Part shown: positions 20,674-31,537 of the stretch, one piece after another
Numbering within the stretch: position 1 is the first letter of the stretch
Layout of the letters: each line of letters opens with the position of its first letter
NCBI GenBank assembly: GCA_965202665.1
Contig: OZ241841.1
Location: forward strand, 1,184,001-1,248,000
Length of the DNA: 64,000 nucleotides
Reading direction: 5' to 3'
Source of the DNA: Candidatus Spongiisociaceae bacterium
GTDB lineage: Bacteria > Actinomycetota > Acidimicrobiia > Spongiisociales > Spongiisociaceae
Notes under the pieces: generated by a model
Told to the model about the DNA's origin: nothing
The model's input: the letters and a program-made list of their open reading frames with translations, nothing else
The model's database searches: none
Program-made: the position numbers and the translations under genes

Positions 20674-21810
20674 GGGTCATTCGCGATTTGTGGCGGAGGT
20701 GGGATGCTTTGTTTTTGAGGCGGGGCTCGCTGAAACAGGTGTTGTAAATGTCACCAATTCAAGGAGGCCTCGTATGTTGGATGTGGGTGTGCGGTTGAGG
20801 GAGGTGCGGGTTTTGGAGGTAGCGGAGGACGGAGCGGGGAGGCTGGCGTTGCGGGTGGCGGCGGTTGAGGGATGGTCGGTTCGCCCGGTGTGCGGGGCGG
20901 ATTGCCGGTGGGTGCGGGATCTCCCGACCCGGTGGGGTTGGTGGGTGTTGAGGTGGTGGGGATGCGGTTGGTGGGGAGGCCGCGGTGCGGGGGGTGCGGG
21001 GGCGGGGTGTTGAGTAAGGGTTGGAGGAGGGCGCGGTTGGTGGATCAGGCCTGTTTCGGCCGGGCGGCACTTCTGGAGTGGTCCAAACGCCGGTGGCGTT
21101 GTCCTGATACGGGGTGCGGGGTGGGGTCGTTTACGGAGCAGGACCCGCGGATAGCCCCGGTGCGGGCCCGGTTGACTTCTCGGGCGGCTCGGTGGGCGAC
21201 GCGGCGGGTGGGCCGGGGGCGGACGCTGTCGGAGGTGGCGGAGGAGCTGGGTTGCCCGCGGCATACGGTGTCCAAGGAGGTGAACCGGTGGGGGGAAGCC
21301 CTGCTGGAAGCCGGGACCGGGTGGGGATAGTGGAGAATTTGGGGCGGCGGAGATGTGGATTACCGCGGCGGTGGACATCCGCAACCGCCGGCTGATCGAC
21401 GTTTTCCCAGAAAAAAGACGCTAAAGGAGCCATCCGCTGGCTGCTTGCTCAGCCGGCCGGGTGGCGGAGAAAATACAATGGGCCCTCCCCGACCTGTCCG
21501 GAGCTTATCGGGCCGCCTACCGCCAGGCGCTGCCCCACGCCGTCCAGATCGCCGACCCGTTCCACGTCGTCCGACTAGCCAACCTGCGCCTGGACCGGGT
21601 GCGCCGCCGCGTGCAAAAAACCCTGGGACACCGCGGAAGAAAACACGACGACCTCTACCGTATACGCAAACCTGCTTACCCTGGCCCGCGAGCGACTCGA
21701 CCCCCGCAGCGAACAAAAACTGACCGGCCTCCTCCAAGCAGGAAACCCCCGCGGAGAAGTACGCGACGCTTGGCACGCTGAAGAAACCGTCCGGGGAATC
21801 TGTCCCCCTC
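20674..21810 (+). pseudogene. ISL3-family transposase remnant (frameshifted)
   Basis: RPRCGGCG, W.KRRWRCP..GCGVGSFTE, RLTSRA, DLSGAYRAAY...QIADPFHVVRLAN..LDRVRRR, GRKHDDLYR. Confidence 0.8.
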
Positions 21811-21877
21811 CCTAAAACCCGAAGGCGGGCCCCTTATGTTGCCGGTTGGTTCGCCTGCTGAAATCCCGCGACGGCCG

Positions 21878-22378
21878 CTACCGGCCGTGGGTTTCGGCGT
21901 GGGTCAGGTCGGCTAGCGGTTTGCGGCCGCCGAAACGGGCCGGGCGGGCTTCGGGGGACGGATAGCCCAAAGCCACCGCGTAGCGGCACCGGGAGCCGTC
22001 CGGCAGTTCCAGTGCCCGGGCCGCATCCTCCTCCCGATGCAAAGTGATGGGGCAGGAGGCGACTCCCACAGCGGCGGCGGCCAGCATGATGTTCTGCGCC
22101 AAACGGCCTGTGTCGAACTCGTAGCCTTCCGGTTCCCGCACCAAGGCCAGCGTGAGCGGGGCGGCCCGCACCGGGCCGGTGAAATCACCGCATTCGGCCA
22201 ATCGCTCAATCCGGGACGGATCCCGCACCACGATCACCGACCAGTTCTGCCGGTTTTTGGAACTCCCCGTCCAGCGGGCCGCCTCCAAAATCCGTTGCAG
22301 GTGGTCGTCCCGCACCGGACGCTTCTCAAACGAACGGATGGCCCGCAGGCCGAGCAGAAGGTTGTAAAGTTGTTCCAT
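21878..22378 (-). CDS. Nitroreductase family protein
   Basis: LRAIRSF, ILEAARWTGSSKNRQNW, DTGRLAQNIMLAA, VALGYP. Confidence 0.9.
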   Translation of the reverse strand: MEQLYNLLLGLRAIRSFEKRPVRDDHLQRILEAARWTGSSKNRQNWSVIVVRDPSRIERLAECGDFTGPVRAAPLTLALVREPEGYEFDTGRLAQNIMLAAAAVGVASCPITLHREEDAARALELPDGSRCRYAVALGYPSPEARPARFGGRKPLADLTHAETHGR

Positions 22379-22455
22379 AGGCTTGACGATAACCGCCCGG
22401 CGCCGCCTCTGCTAAACCGGCGCCCCCGGCGGCTGGGAGAACCGGGGAGGAGACG

Positions 22456-24168
22456 ATGATCCTGTTCTCTTTTGTGGTATTTCTTTTCCTGGCGCCCCTT
22501 TCCCTGCTCGGATTGGTGTTTTGGCTGGCGATACGGGGCCGGACGGGGGAGGGCCCGACCATCGCCCGCCGCTTTTTCCAATATCTGCTGCTGTATGCGC
22601 TGGTTGTCCTGACCGGGGAGGGAGTGGCCCTGTTGCTAGCCGAATGGTGGCCGGGCGCCTCCGGCCAGCAGGATCTGTTCTACCAGTTCGATTTGGCCGG
22701 GGCGGTAGCGCAGGCCGTAGTGGGCTTGCCCGCCCTAGCCGCGGTGATGGTGTGGGTGCGCCGGACTTTGCGTTCGCCGGAGGAACGTTCCGCCGCCGCG
22801 TGGCGCATTTACCTGGCGGGGGCGGCCCTGAGCGGCCTGGTCGCCGTCGCCTTCTACGGCTTTCTCCTGGCGGAATCATTAACCGGCCTAACCGAATTCC
22901 GACCCGAATACGCCGCCAACCTGGCGGTGTGGGGGACGGTGTGGCTGATCCATTTCCGCCTGTCCGCCCGGGCCCGGCACGCCGGGCCGTTGCGGGCGGG
23001 GGCGTTTATCGGGGCTCTGATCGGCCTGTGGGTGATGGGATGGGGGATCTGGCGGACGGGGGAGCAGTTGCTGGATTTGGCCTTTCGGGAAATCAGCGGG
23101 GCGGTCGGGGAAGAAAATTTCAGGGACAACATTCTGCGGGCGGCCTCCGGGGCGGTGATCGGGGGGCTCATCTGGGTCAGATATTGGGTGACGATTGTGT
23201 CCGGCATGGAACGGGACCGGGTGTGGCGGGGGTCGGTGTGGCTGGCGGGGGCGCTGTCCGGGCTGGCCGCCTGCCTGGCCGGGGCGTGGAGGTTGCTGGC
23301 TTTGGGTTTGGAATGGCTGTTCGGAGCGGCGGAAGGCGGGGCGGCGGGGCATTTTGCGGAAGCCCCGGGGATGGTTTCTTTAGCAGTGGTGGGGGCGGCG
23401 GTTTGGTTTTACACCCGGCGGGCGGTCCGCCTCCGACCCGGCGACCGGCGGGACGAGGCGGATCGGCTGTACGACTACGCCGGGGCGGGCCTGGCTTTGG
23501 CGGGGGCGGTCATCGGGGCGGCGGTGGGGCTGTCGGCCCTGACAGAGTGGGTTTTGCCCGCCGGGGCGGTCGAAGGGGAATACCGCGTGGGTTTGGCCGG
23601 GGGGCTGGGTTTGCTGGCGGCGTGGGGTCCGATGTGGGTCGTCTTCTGGAGGCGGGCGCAACGATACGGTTCCGTCAACCCCGACCGGGAACTGGTTTCC
23701 CCGGTGCGGCGGGTGTATCTGGTGATGCTGTTCGGGGTGGGCGGGTTGGCGGTTTTGGGAAGTTTGCTGTCCGCCGCCTATTTGGCCGCGGAGGATGTCC
23801 TGGCCGGGAATTGGGGGTGGCCCACTTTAGACCGCGTCCGCACCGCTTTGGTTTTTCTGCCGGTGGCGGGGACGGCGGCCCGTTATCACCAGGCGGTGCG
23901 CCGCTCCGACCGCCGCCGCGCCCCCGCCGAGGCGGACGAGTCGGACGAAGGGGTGATGATGGCGGTGCTGGTTTCCGCCGCGGGCGGCGCGGTGGCCGAA
24001 GAAGTGGAGAAGCAGACCGGGGTGCGGTTGTGGGTGTGGGACAGCCCGCAGGCCGGGGAAGTTTCGGCGGAGGAAGTGATCGCCGCCATCGACCGGGCGG
24101 AAGGCCGGCGCCTGCTGATTGTGGCCGCCGACCCCGAACCGCTCGTCATCCCTTTCACCACCGCCTGA
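22456..24168 (+). CDS. Multi-pass membrane protein (DUF5671-like repeats)
   Basis: Many TM helices; repeated RR.Y.Y-type motifs (RRFFQYLL, WRIYL, DRLYDY, RRVYL). Confidence 0.65.
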   Translation: MILFSFVVFLFLAPLSLLGLVFWLAIRGRTGEGPTIARRFFQYLLLYALVVLTGEGVALLLAEWWPGASGQQDLFYQFDLAGAVAQAVVGLPALAAVMVWVRRTLRSPEERSAAAWRIYLAGAALSGLVAVAFYGFLLAESLTGLTEFRPEYAANLAVWGTVWLIHFRLSARARHAGPLRAGAFIGALIGLWVMGWGIWRTGEQLLDLAFREISGAVGEENFRDNILRAASGAVIGGLIWVRYWVTIVSGMERDRVWRGSVWLAGALSGLAACLAGAWRLLALGLEWLFGAAEGGAAGHFAEAPGMVSLAVVGAAVWFYTRRAVRLRPGDRRDEADRLYDYAGAGLALAGAVIGAAVGLSALTEWVLPAGAVEGEYRVGLAGGLGLLAAWGPMWVVFWRRAQRYGSVNPDRELVSPVRRVYLVMLFGVGGLAVLGSLLSAAYLAAEDVLAGNWGWPTLDRVRTALVFLPVAGTAARYHQAVRRSDRRRAPAEADESDEGVMMAVLVSAAGGAVAEEVEKQTGVRLWVWDSPQAGEVSAEEVIAAIDRAEGRRLLIVAADPEPLVIPFTTA

Positions 24169-24194
24169 CCCGCCCCGTTCGCTATTTTTGGGGA

Positions 24195-24461
24195 ATGTGC
24201 AGAAACATCCGGCCTTTGAACAACTACCATCCGCCCGCCTCCGACGAGGAAGTGGTGGCGGCGGCTACGCAGTTCGTGCGCAAAGTGGCGGGAACCCGCC
24301 GCCCTTCGCTCCGCAACCGGGAGCCGTTCGAACGGGCGGTGGCCGACATCACCGCCGCCACCCGCCTGCTGATCGACTCGCTGGTCACCTCCGCCCCACC
24401 CAAAAACTGGGAGGAAGAGGCGGCCAAAGCGCAAGCCCGAGCCGCCGCCCGCCGCCGCTAG
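24195..24461 (+). CDS. DUF2277 family protein
   Basis: MCRNIRPLNNYHPPASDEEVVAAATQFVRKVAG...; true start at ATG 24195 inside the long shadow ORF. Confidence 0.85.
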   Translation: MCRNIRPLNNYHPPASDEEVVAAATQFVRKVAGTRRPSLRNREPFERAVADITAATRLLIDSLVTSAPPKNWEEEAAKAQARAAARRR

Positions 24462-24474
24462 CGACCCCCCCCCC

Positions 24475-25610
24475 CCCTACCTTTGTCTTATCGGCTTTGA
24501 GTTTATTCTTGGCCGGTCGCTCGGCATAGCGGGCAGGGCTGTCCCTCCCTTGTCATGCGGATGAGGCGATCGCGCCGGTGAGCGTACCAAGTAAGCGACT
24601 TCGGGAAGGAACCGGAGACGAAGGGCGATCGGCCGCAGATAGGAGTGTTGGCGGGTGTGGATGTGGGCAAGGAACGACATCGGGCGCAAGCCCTGACCGC
24701 GGACGGGGAGCCGCTGTTTGAGGGTTCGGTCGGCAACGACCCGGCCGCGGTGGAGGAACTGCTGGACCAGGTGGTGGCCGCCGCCGGGGAGGAACATACC
24801 CCGTTGGTGGTGGTGGATATGATCTCCGGCGGGGCGGTGTTGCTACTGGCGGCCACTGAACGGCGGGGGATACCGGTGGCTTATGTGACCGGGTTGCGGA
24901 TGCGCCGAGCCGCCCAACTATACGACGGCACGGCTAAAACGGATCCGAAAGACGCCTGGGTTCTAGCTGACTACGCCCGACGCAACCTCGACCGGCTCAA
25001 CGTCGTGCAGGCAACCGATCAGCAGTTGGCTCGTATGCGGGCGTTGAACGGACACGACGAAGACCTGGCCGCCGATCAAAAGGGGATCGTCAACCGTCTC
25101 CGGGAAGCGCTGCTCAGCACCCGCCCCGGCCTGGAACGGGTTATCGGCAACCGGTTGGCCAGTCCCGGAATCTTGGACGTTCTTCGTAAATATCCGACCA
25201 TCGGGCAACTGCGGCGAGCGGGCCGGGCCCGCTTTCCGCAACCTTATTCACAAACGGTCTCCCCGCCTGTCGGACAAAGCCGCCCCTCTTATCTGGGAAG
25301 CGGTGAAATCCCAACCCATGGAACTTCCCGCCGCGGAAGCCTGGGCCCAGATCATCCCCAACCTCGCCGACGCCCTCGACCGAACAGGCAACAAACGGCT
25401 CAAAAACGCCATGCACCAAGCCGCCTTCGTCGCCATCCGAAACGACCCCCACGCCCAACCCTGCCAAACCAAACGCGACCAAGGCAAAAACCACCGCACC
25501 GCCCCCCGCCGCCGTCACCCGCCGACACAGCACACATCATCCTCACCATGCTCAAAACCCAAACCCCCAACACCAACCCAACACAACTTGACAAACAGAC
25601 AGGAACACCC
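24475..25610 (+). mobile_element. IS110-family element, transposase frameshifted and internally deleted
   Basis: 24645 onward: GVDVGKERH...VVD...KTDPKDAWVLA (DEDD domain); remnant GNKRLKNAMHQAA; ~165-bp non-coding leader; TTGACA near the right end; poly-C on both flanks. Confidence 0.8.
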
Positions 25611-25688
25611 CCCAACCCCCGCAACCTCGGGGGCTTGTTTAGGTGTGCTTGGCCGGGACGTTGGTGACGGTTTGGTTGTTGCATAGGT

Positions 25689-25900
25689 GAAGACCTCCTG
25701 GTGTTATAGGAAATGAAAAGCACCCTGTAGCACGGCGGAGGTCTTCGGGATGCATGGTAACGCAAGGTCGTCGCCTTGGTACGTTTGGGGATGGCATTGC
25801 GGGCGGGACCGGTTCGGTTGTCGGCGTTCACGGGGCGCCGGAGTGGTCGATCAGCCGTATCCTCCGCCGCCATGACCGACAACCACTGCAGATACATCCG
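25689..25900 (+). pseudogene. IS481-family remnant
   Basis: Inverted repeat GAAGACCTCC...GGAGGTCTTC before ATG CAT GGT AAC GCA AGG (MHGNAR); segment GGTTGTCGGCGTTCACGG is shared with ~14297. Confidence 0.5.
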
Positions 25901-25953
25901 CAACCGCCGGGTCGCCGTCCTGCTCATCCAACACCACATCCGCCATATCACGA

Positions 25954-26451
25954 TCAAAGCCGTATCATTCCCAGCAAAACGGCAAAGTAGAACAATACAA
26001 CCAAAGCCCCAAACCAAACCCCCAACCACGATTCTTGTTCCCGCCATACGTGCTGAGAGACACCTTTCGCCAACAATTCGTGGCAGTGGTTGCGGTCGGC
26101 CTGCTCGTGTTTGGAAAGGTTCTCCGTGTACATCCGCCGGGAGGAGCCGGGCATCCGCCTGCTGTGTTTCTCGGCCATCCCCACCTCTTTCCCCTCCCAA
26201 AAAATCCTCCCCCCGAACGGCCCTGAATATCTCATCTCCGCCGCTTTCTCCCCGCATTGCACCATTATCGGACAAGCGCCGCACCAGGTTTGTATGCCAC
26301 GCGCCACGGCATCGTCGTGTTCGTCCAAAGACAACGCCCTCCCCCCCGCGTTACGGGAAGGATAAAGGTCGCGTTGGGCGTTGACGTTTTGGAAACAGGC
26401 GCCGCCTTGTTGGAACTCCGGCAAAGAACCCAAATCCACTAGGTCTTCCAT
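25954..26451 (-). CDS. Divergent WhiB-like (4-Cys) protein with a C-terminal TM helix
   Basis: GGAC...DLY...WCGACPIMVQC...GPFGG; ends WLGVWFGALVVLFYFAVLLGMIRL. Confidence 0.62.
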   Translation of the reverse strand: MEDLVDLGSLPEFQQGGACFQNVNAQRDLYPSRNAGGRALSLDEHDDAVARGIQTWCGACPIMVQCGEKAAEMRYSGPFGGRIFWEGKEVGMAEKHSRRMPGSSRRMYTENLSKHEQADRNHCHELLAKGVSQHVWREQESWLGVWFGALVVLFYFAVLLGMIRL

Positions 26452-26576
26452 ATCCCATCAGGTTACATAACGCGGTTTAGCAGATTGAGTGCTATGGCTG
26501 AATGGATGAAACTGGCGCCGGTTCTGGTCGCCGCCCGCCGCCGGTAGCGGAACCCAAACAGCCCCAGGGCCCTCGG

Positions 26577-27260
26577 TTAGGAGGAGCGGTGACTTCCTCT
26601 TAGGCGGCTCAGGTCTTCGGGGGTGTCGATGTCGGCGGGGGGCATGCTGGAAATGGGGACCTCCTCCACCCATCCCGGATGGGCGGCCAACAGGTTGCGG
26701 GCCCCCTGATCCCCTTTCAGGCCGACGATCAGGCGGGACCACAAGGTGCGGGCGACCAGCACCGGATGGCCCCGCACGTAGCGGTAGCGGGGAACGACCA
26801 CCGGTTTGCCGGAAGCGAACTGCGCGGCCAGCAACCGGGCCACCGCATCCGCATCAACCCGGGGTTGGTCGCCCAAAAAAATCAGGACCCGTTGCAAAAA
26901 ACGGTCGGCCAGCAAAGAATCCAATCCCGCCCGGATGGACGAAGCGATCCCCTCCCGCCAACCCAGATTTTCCACCACCGTCGTCCCCGACAGGTCCACC
27001 TGTTCCATGATTTGTTCGCAGCGGGCCCCCAGCACCGCCGTCACCGGGCCCACCCCGGCCAAGTCCCGCACCTGCTCCAACACGTACTGCAACAGGGGCC
27101 TCCCCTCCCAGTCCAACAACTGTTTGGGCTCCCCCAACCGGCGGGAGCGGCCGGCGGCCAGCACCAAGGCGGCCGTGCGGGACGGGTCGGGATCCGGGGG
27201 GGAACCGGCGTGGAAGCCCGTGGAACCATCAGGGGGCGGGCCGCCCGCGGGTTCGGTCAC
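26577..27260 (-). CDS. Molybdenum cofactor cytidylyltransferase (MocA-like NTP transferase)
   Basis: LVLAAGRSRRLGEPKQLL, GIASSIRAG, LGDQP, RGHPV, GDQGAR, DIDTPED; GTG at 27260 overlaps the xdhC stop. Confidence 0.85.
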   Translation of the reverse strand: MTEPAGGPPPDGSTGFHAGSPPDPDPSRTAALVLAAGRSRRLGEPKQLLDWEGRPLLQYVLEQVRDLAGVGPVTAVLGARCEQIMEQVDLSGTTVVENLGWREGIASSIRAGLDSLLADRFLQRVLIFLGDQPRVDADAVARLLAAQFASGKPVVVPRYRYVRGHPVLVARTLWSRLIVGLKGDQGARNLLAAHPGWVEEVPISSMPPADIDTPEDLSRLRGSHRSS

Positions 27261-28051
27261 ACGTCTCCCGCGTCTTCGGTGCGTTGCAGGTGAATGCGGC
27301 CGGGACGGCCCGTCAGCGACTCCCCGCTTCCCGACCCGTAGCGGACCTGGATCATTTCGGCCAGGATGGAAACCGCCACCTCCCCCGGCTGTTCGGCCCC
27401 GATGTCCAACCCGACCGGGCCGTGAATGCGGGCCACCTGTTCGGAGGTGAAACCGGCCGCGGTCAGCCTTTCCACCCGGCGGCGATGGGTGCGCCGGCTG
27501 CCCATCACCCCGATGTATTTGGCGGGCCCGTCCAGCACCAGCGGCAACACCGGGTCTTCGAAGCGGGCGTCGTGGCTGAGCAGCACCACGTAGGTGCGGG
27601 CGTCGATCATCAGTTGGCCGGCGATGTCCTCCGGCCATCCCACCGCCAAAGAATGGGCCTGCGGGAAACGGTCCCGGGTGATGAAAGCCGCCCGGGCGTC
27701 GCTGACCGTCACCCGGAAACCCAGGCTGTGGGCGAAAACGCATAACTCTTGGGCGATGTGCACCGCCCCGAAAATCAGCAGATGGGGCTGGGGGGCCACC
27801 GTTTCCACATACACATGCCGGTCGCCGTAAACCAAGGTGCGGTTCTGTTCGCCGTCCATCAGCTGGTTGGCGTCGGCGATCACCTCGTCGGCGACGGCGG
27901 CGGGCAACCAACCGGCGACCAAGCCCCCGGTGCGATCCAACACCGCCTTGCGGCCCGCGTCGGGCCCTTCCACCACGGTGACGACCGCCCCCAGGCGCTC
28001 GCCTTCTATCAGGGAACGAACCGCGTCCAGCGGGGCGGCCTCTTCTACCAT
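27257..28051 (-). CDS. XdhC/CoxF family protein, C-terminal (Rossmann) part
   Basis: [51 protein letters not shown]; start MVEEAA at 28051. Confidence 0.88.
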   Translation of the reverse strand: MVEEAAPLDAVRSLIEGERLGAVVTVVEGPDAGRKAVLDRTGGLVAGWLPAAVADEVIADANQLMDGEQNRTLVYGDRHVYVETVAPQPHLLIFGAVHIAQELCVFAHSLGFRVTVSDARAAFITRDRFPQAHSLAVGWPEDIAGQLMIDARTYVVLLSHDARFEDPVLPLVLDGPAKYIGVMGSRRTHRRRVERLTAAGFTSEQVARIHGPVGLDIGAEQPGEVAVSILAEMIQVRYGSGSGESLTGRPGRIHLQRTEDAGDV

Positions 28052-28353
28052 TTTTCTATGAAAACCCCGATAGTGCCGCCGCAGGCCAACCCCACTTCGA
28101 AGGCGTCCTCGTCGGCGATGCCGTAGGTGACCAGACGGGGCTCCCCGGTTTCCAGCACTTCCATGGCGTGCAGGAAAACATCGTTTTCCACGCACCCCCC
28201 GCTCACCGAACCTTCCATGTCGCCCGCCGAAGACACCATGAATTTGGCCCCTTCCGGGCGGGGGGCGGAACCGGCCACTTTCACCACCGTGGCCACCGCC
28301 GCCTGTTTTCCTTCGCCGACCCAACGGTCGTACACGGCCAGCGCATCCTTCAT
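28045..28353 (-). CDS. XdhC/CoxI family N-terminal domain protein
   Basis: [34 protein letters not shown]. Confidence 0.9.
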   Translation of the reverse strand: MKDALAVYDRWVGEGKQAAVATVVKVAGSAPRPEGAKFMVSSAGDMEGSVSGGCVENDVFLHAMEVLETGEPRLVTYGIADEDAFEVGLACGGTIGVFIEKW

Positions 28354-28433
28354 CGCGCCTCCTTTGCGTTTTTACCGCTTCTGCCGCTTTGGGGCTGATT
28401 GGGTTGATTGTACGGCGCCCGTTTCATACTGTT

Positions 28434-29636
28434 TTATACCGCCGCCCCGGCCGGGGCCGCCCCCCGGCGGACGCGGGCCGGAATTGTTTCCAGCAGGCGC
28501 ACCACCTCGGTCAGGTCGGACAGGGAAGCGGAAGCCAAAAAGTCGTCCACATAAGGAAGGGCGGCTTTCAAACCCCGCGTCTCCGGCGAGTAACCGGCCC
28601 GGCCGGCCAGCGGGTTCAGCCACACGGTGCGATGCACCGAACGGGCGAAACGGGCCATCTCCGCCTCCAGCAAACTCGGGTCGCCCCGGTCCCATCCGTC
28701 GCTGATGATAACCCCGATGGGGCCGCCCCGGGCGACCCGCCTGCTCCAAAAACGGTTGTAGGTTTCCAACGCTTCCCCGATGCGGGTGCCCCCCGACCAG
28801 TCGCGCACCCGGCCCGCAACCAGGCGCAGGGCGGCGGCCGGGTCGCGGCGGCGCAACTCATGGGTGATGCGGGTGAGGCGGGTGGAAAAAACGAAGGTCT
28901 CCACTTTTCCCATCCGTCCGGGGGCGGCGTGGGCGAAATACAGCAACATTTCGGCGTATTTTTCCATGGAACCGCTCACATCGGCCAGAATCACCAACGG
29001 GCGGCGGCGGGGCTTGGGGGAAGTGAACTTCATTTCGATCAGTTCGCTCCGTTGCCCGACCGCGTTGCGCAAGGTGCGGCGCATGTCCGGCCGGCGGCCT
29101 TTCGGGTCGGGCCGGAGGCGGCGGCTCAACGCTTCCGCCGGATGCCACGCCATGCGGGAAATCAGGCGGCGCACTTCGGCTATCTCGTCGGGGGTGAGAT
29201 CGCCGAAGTCGCGGGTTCGCAACTGTTCGCGGTAGGAGGCCCCCATCTGGTCCACCCCTTCGGAGGTTTCCCCCTGCTCCTCCCCGGTTTCCGGCATCAA
29301 CACCGGTACTTTGACCGGGGCGGCGTCGGCCGGCGAAGAGGAGGAGGAGCCGCCGCCGCGGCGGGCGCTCCCGAAAAACAGCTGGAAGGCCTCTTCGAAA
29401 ACGGGGATGTGCTCCGGCCTGGTTACCGCCAGCGCCCGGAACCCGGCGCAAACATCCCGATGCTTCGCCAAACCCAGCAGGCGGGCGGCGGCCAGCAGGT
29501 CAACGCCGGTGGCGGTGGTTACATCCAATCCGCGGGCTCGCAGGTAGCGGGCGAAATGCAACACGTTTCCCGCCAAAGCCTCGCCCATTGCCTTACACCT
29601 CCGCCTTGACATTTCTGGCTGGGGAAACAATACCAC
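28434..29636 (-). CDS. coxE: CoxE-like VWA domain protein (start possibly 29588)
   Basis: DVSGSMEKY, ETFVFSTRLTRIT, DWSGGTRIG, IISDGWD, WLNPL. Confidence 0.85.
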   Translation of the reverse strand: MVLFPQPEMSRRRCKAMGEALAGNVLHFARYLRARGLDVTTATGVDLLAAARLLGLAKHRDVCAGFRALAVTRPEHIPVFEEAFQLFFGSARRGGGSSSSSPADAAPVKVPVLMPETGEEQGETSEGVDQMGASYREQLRTRDFGDLTPDEIAEVRRLISRMAWHPAEALSRRLRPDPKGRRPDMRRTLRNAVGQRSELIEMKFTSPKPRRRPLVILADVSGSMEKYAEMLLYFAHAAPGRMGKVETFVFSTRLTRITHELRRRDPAAALRLVAGRVRDWSGGTRIGEALETYNRFWSRRVARGGPIGVIISDGWDRGDPSLLEAEMARFARSVHRTVWLNPLAGRAGYSPETRGLKAALPYVDDFLASASLSDLTEVVRLLETIPARVRRGAAPAGAAV

Positions 29637-29731
29637 GACCCAGGAGCGGGGGGCCTCCCCGTTTTTGTCACACCCGCCGGTTACCTTCCACCATCAGGCA
29701 AACGCACCCAATATAAAGGAGGGTTGTCACA

Positions 29732-30802
29732 ATGAACACTGTTGCTATTTTCGGCTTGGCCTTGGTGGTCCTGCTGGTTGCCCCCGCGGTCTGGTGGGCG
29801 GTGAGCGCCTTGCGGCGGCGGAACCGGGCCGCGGAGGCCGAAACCCCCGCACCCGACCCGCTGTCCGCTTTGACCGTCGGCCTGAACGAGGGCCTGGCGG
29901 GGATGCGCACCGAGATGGGCGAATCCTTGGAGAACGTACGGGGTCTGCTGAACAAACTGGCGGAGCAGGGAGGGCGCACCCAGGAACAGCTGGAAGGCGT
30001 GGCGAAAAGCAACACCGCCCTGACCGACACCACCAACCAGTTGCAAAATCTGCTCGCCGACAGCCGAAGCCGCGGCTTCTGGGGGGAGCGGATGGCGGAA
30101 GACGCGATCCGGGCGGCCGGGCTGGTGGAAGGGATCAACTACCGCAAGCAGGTTCGGATAGCCAACGGCGCGGCTCCCGATTTTACTTTCCTGTTGCCGG
30201 AGGGGAAGACGTTGCATATGGACGTCAAGTTCCCGCTGGACAATTACCGCCGCTACGCGGAGGCGCAGTCCGAAGCGGAGCGAACCCAGTTCCTCAAAAA
30301 GTTCATGTCAGATGTGGGCGGCCACATCAAGGCGTTGGCCGACCGAGGCTACGCGGAGACGGAGGACGGGGTGGGGTTCGTGTTGCTGTTCATCCCGGTG
30401 GAGTCAGTGTGGGGGGCCATCCTGCAACAGGATCAGCCCCTGTTGCCGCACACGGAAACCCGCCGAGTGGTCCTGTGTTCGCCCACCACCCTGTTCCCCA
30501 TTCTGATGATGATCCGCAACATCATGGACTCTTTCCAGATGGTGGCCAACGGCCGGGAAATCGTGAAAGCGGTGGCCGCCTTCGAGCGGGAATGGGAAAA
30601 ATACGGGGAGGCGGTGGACAAGGTGGAAAAACACCTGAACACCCTGGTCAATTCGTTCAACGCGCTGACCTCCACCCGCACCAACGTTTTGCAACGCGAG
30701 ATGACGAAAGTGTCCGATTTGCGGACCGATCCCCCATCTCCGCAGAAGTTGCCCCGCCCGGCCGACCGACAGGATCCACCGGTAGCCGCCGACGCCGCCT
30801 AG
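29732..30802 (+). CDS. rmuC: DNA recombination protein RmuC
   Basis: N-terminal TM plus coiled coil, RGFWGE, PDF...LP.GK.L.MDVKFPL.NY, LLFIPVE, SPTTL. Confidence 0.88.
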   Translation: MNTVAIFGLALVVLLVAPAVWWAVSALRRRNRAAEAETPAPDPLSALTVGLNEGLAGMRTEMGESLENVRGLLNKLAEQGGRTQEQLEGVAKSNTALTDTTNQLQNLLADSRSRGFWGERMAEDAIRAAGLVEGINYRKQVRIANGAAPDFTFLLPEGKTLHMDVKFPLDNYRRYAEAQSEAERTQFLKKFMSDVGGHIKALADRGYAETEDGVGFVLLFIPVESVWGAILQQDQPLLPHTETRRVVLCSPTTLFPILMMIRNIMDSFQMVANGREIVKAVAAFEREWEKYGEAVDKVEKHLNTLVNSFNALTSTRTNVLQREMTKVSDLRTDPPSPQKLPRPADRQDPPVAADAA

Positions 30803-30884
30803 AACGGCTTCCCGCCCGGTCCGGTTTCCCCGGGGCAAAGCAGTCCCCCCGGGGAAGATGGCAGGGGGATTCTGACCGTCCCGG

Positions 30885-31274
30885 TCAGACCTCTTTGGAT
30901 TTTTCCTCCATTTCCTGAATGAGGGCCTGTTCCCGGGCGCGCCGTTTGCGGCGGGTGTCGCCCCTGTTCGTCCACCACAGTGCCAAATATTCACGTATCA
31001 CCTGCGGGGTGCTCATCCCCGCCCACCGGACCAAATGCTCCGCCGTGACCGGGGCTTTGTCCTTGTACCAAACATTCGACAATTCGGACAGCGGGCGACC
31101 TTCCCGTTCGGCTCGGTCCCACACCCGTTTGGCTTCCTCGGCCCGCCGCACCCGCCTAAGAAGCTGCGAAGGTATCCCGGTGACATTCAAAAACCAGATC
31201 CAGGCGGTAAACAACACCATAGCGGCTATAAACGACCAGTACACCGCCAACACCCAAGCAGAAAATTGTTCCAT
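30885..31274 (-). CDS. Hypothetical protein with an N-terminal TM helix
   Basis: AAGGAGG RBS just before the ATG; hydrophobic N-terminus. Confidence 0.6.
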   Translation of the reverse strand: MEQFSAWVLAVYWSFIAAMVLFTAWIWFLNVTGIPSQLLRRVRRAEEAKRVWDRAEREGRPLSELSNVWYKDKAPVTAEHLVRWAGMSTPQVIREYLALWWTNRGDTRRKRRAREQALIQEMEEKSKEV

Positions 31275-31537
31275 TTATCCTCCTTAAGTCCTTAGAGTGA
31301 TGCGCGACCCAGCCCCCGGAAGCGGAGACCGGAACGGTTCGAAAGGGATTACCCCTAAACCGCGGGGGCGGAGTGGTTTCCGCCGCTGTCGCTCCTCCTT
31401 GTGACCTATGTTTACCCACGACGCAACCCGCGCCGTTGAACCTACATATGTCAATATAAGGAACTTTTCGAAAAAAAACAACCCCTTTTTCGCCAATTTC
31501 GCCGGAACGCGAAAAAAATCTTTAGCAAGCCGGTTAC

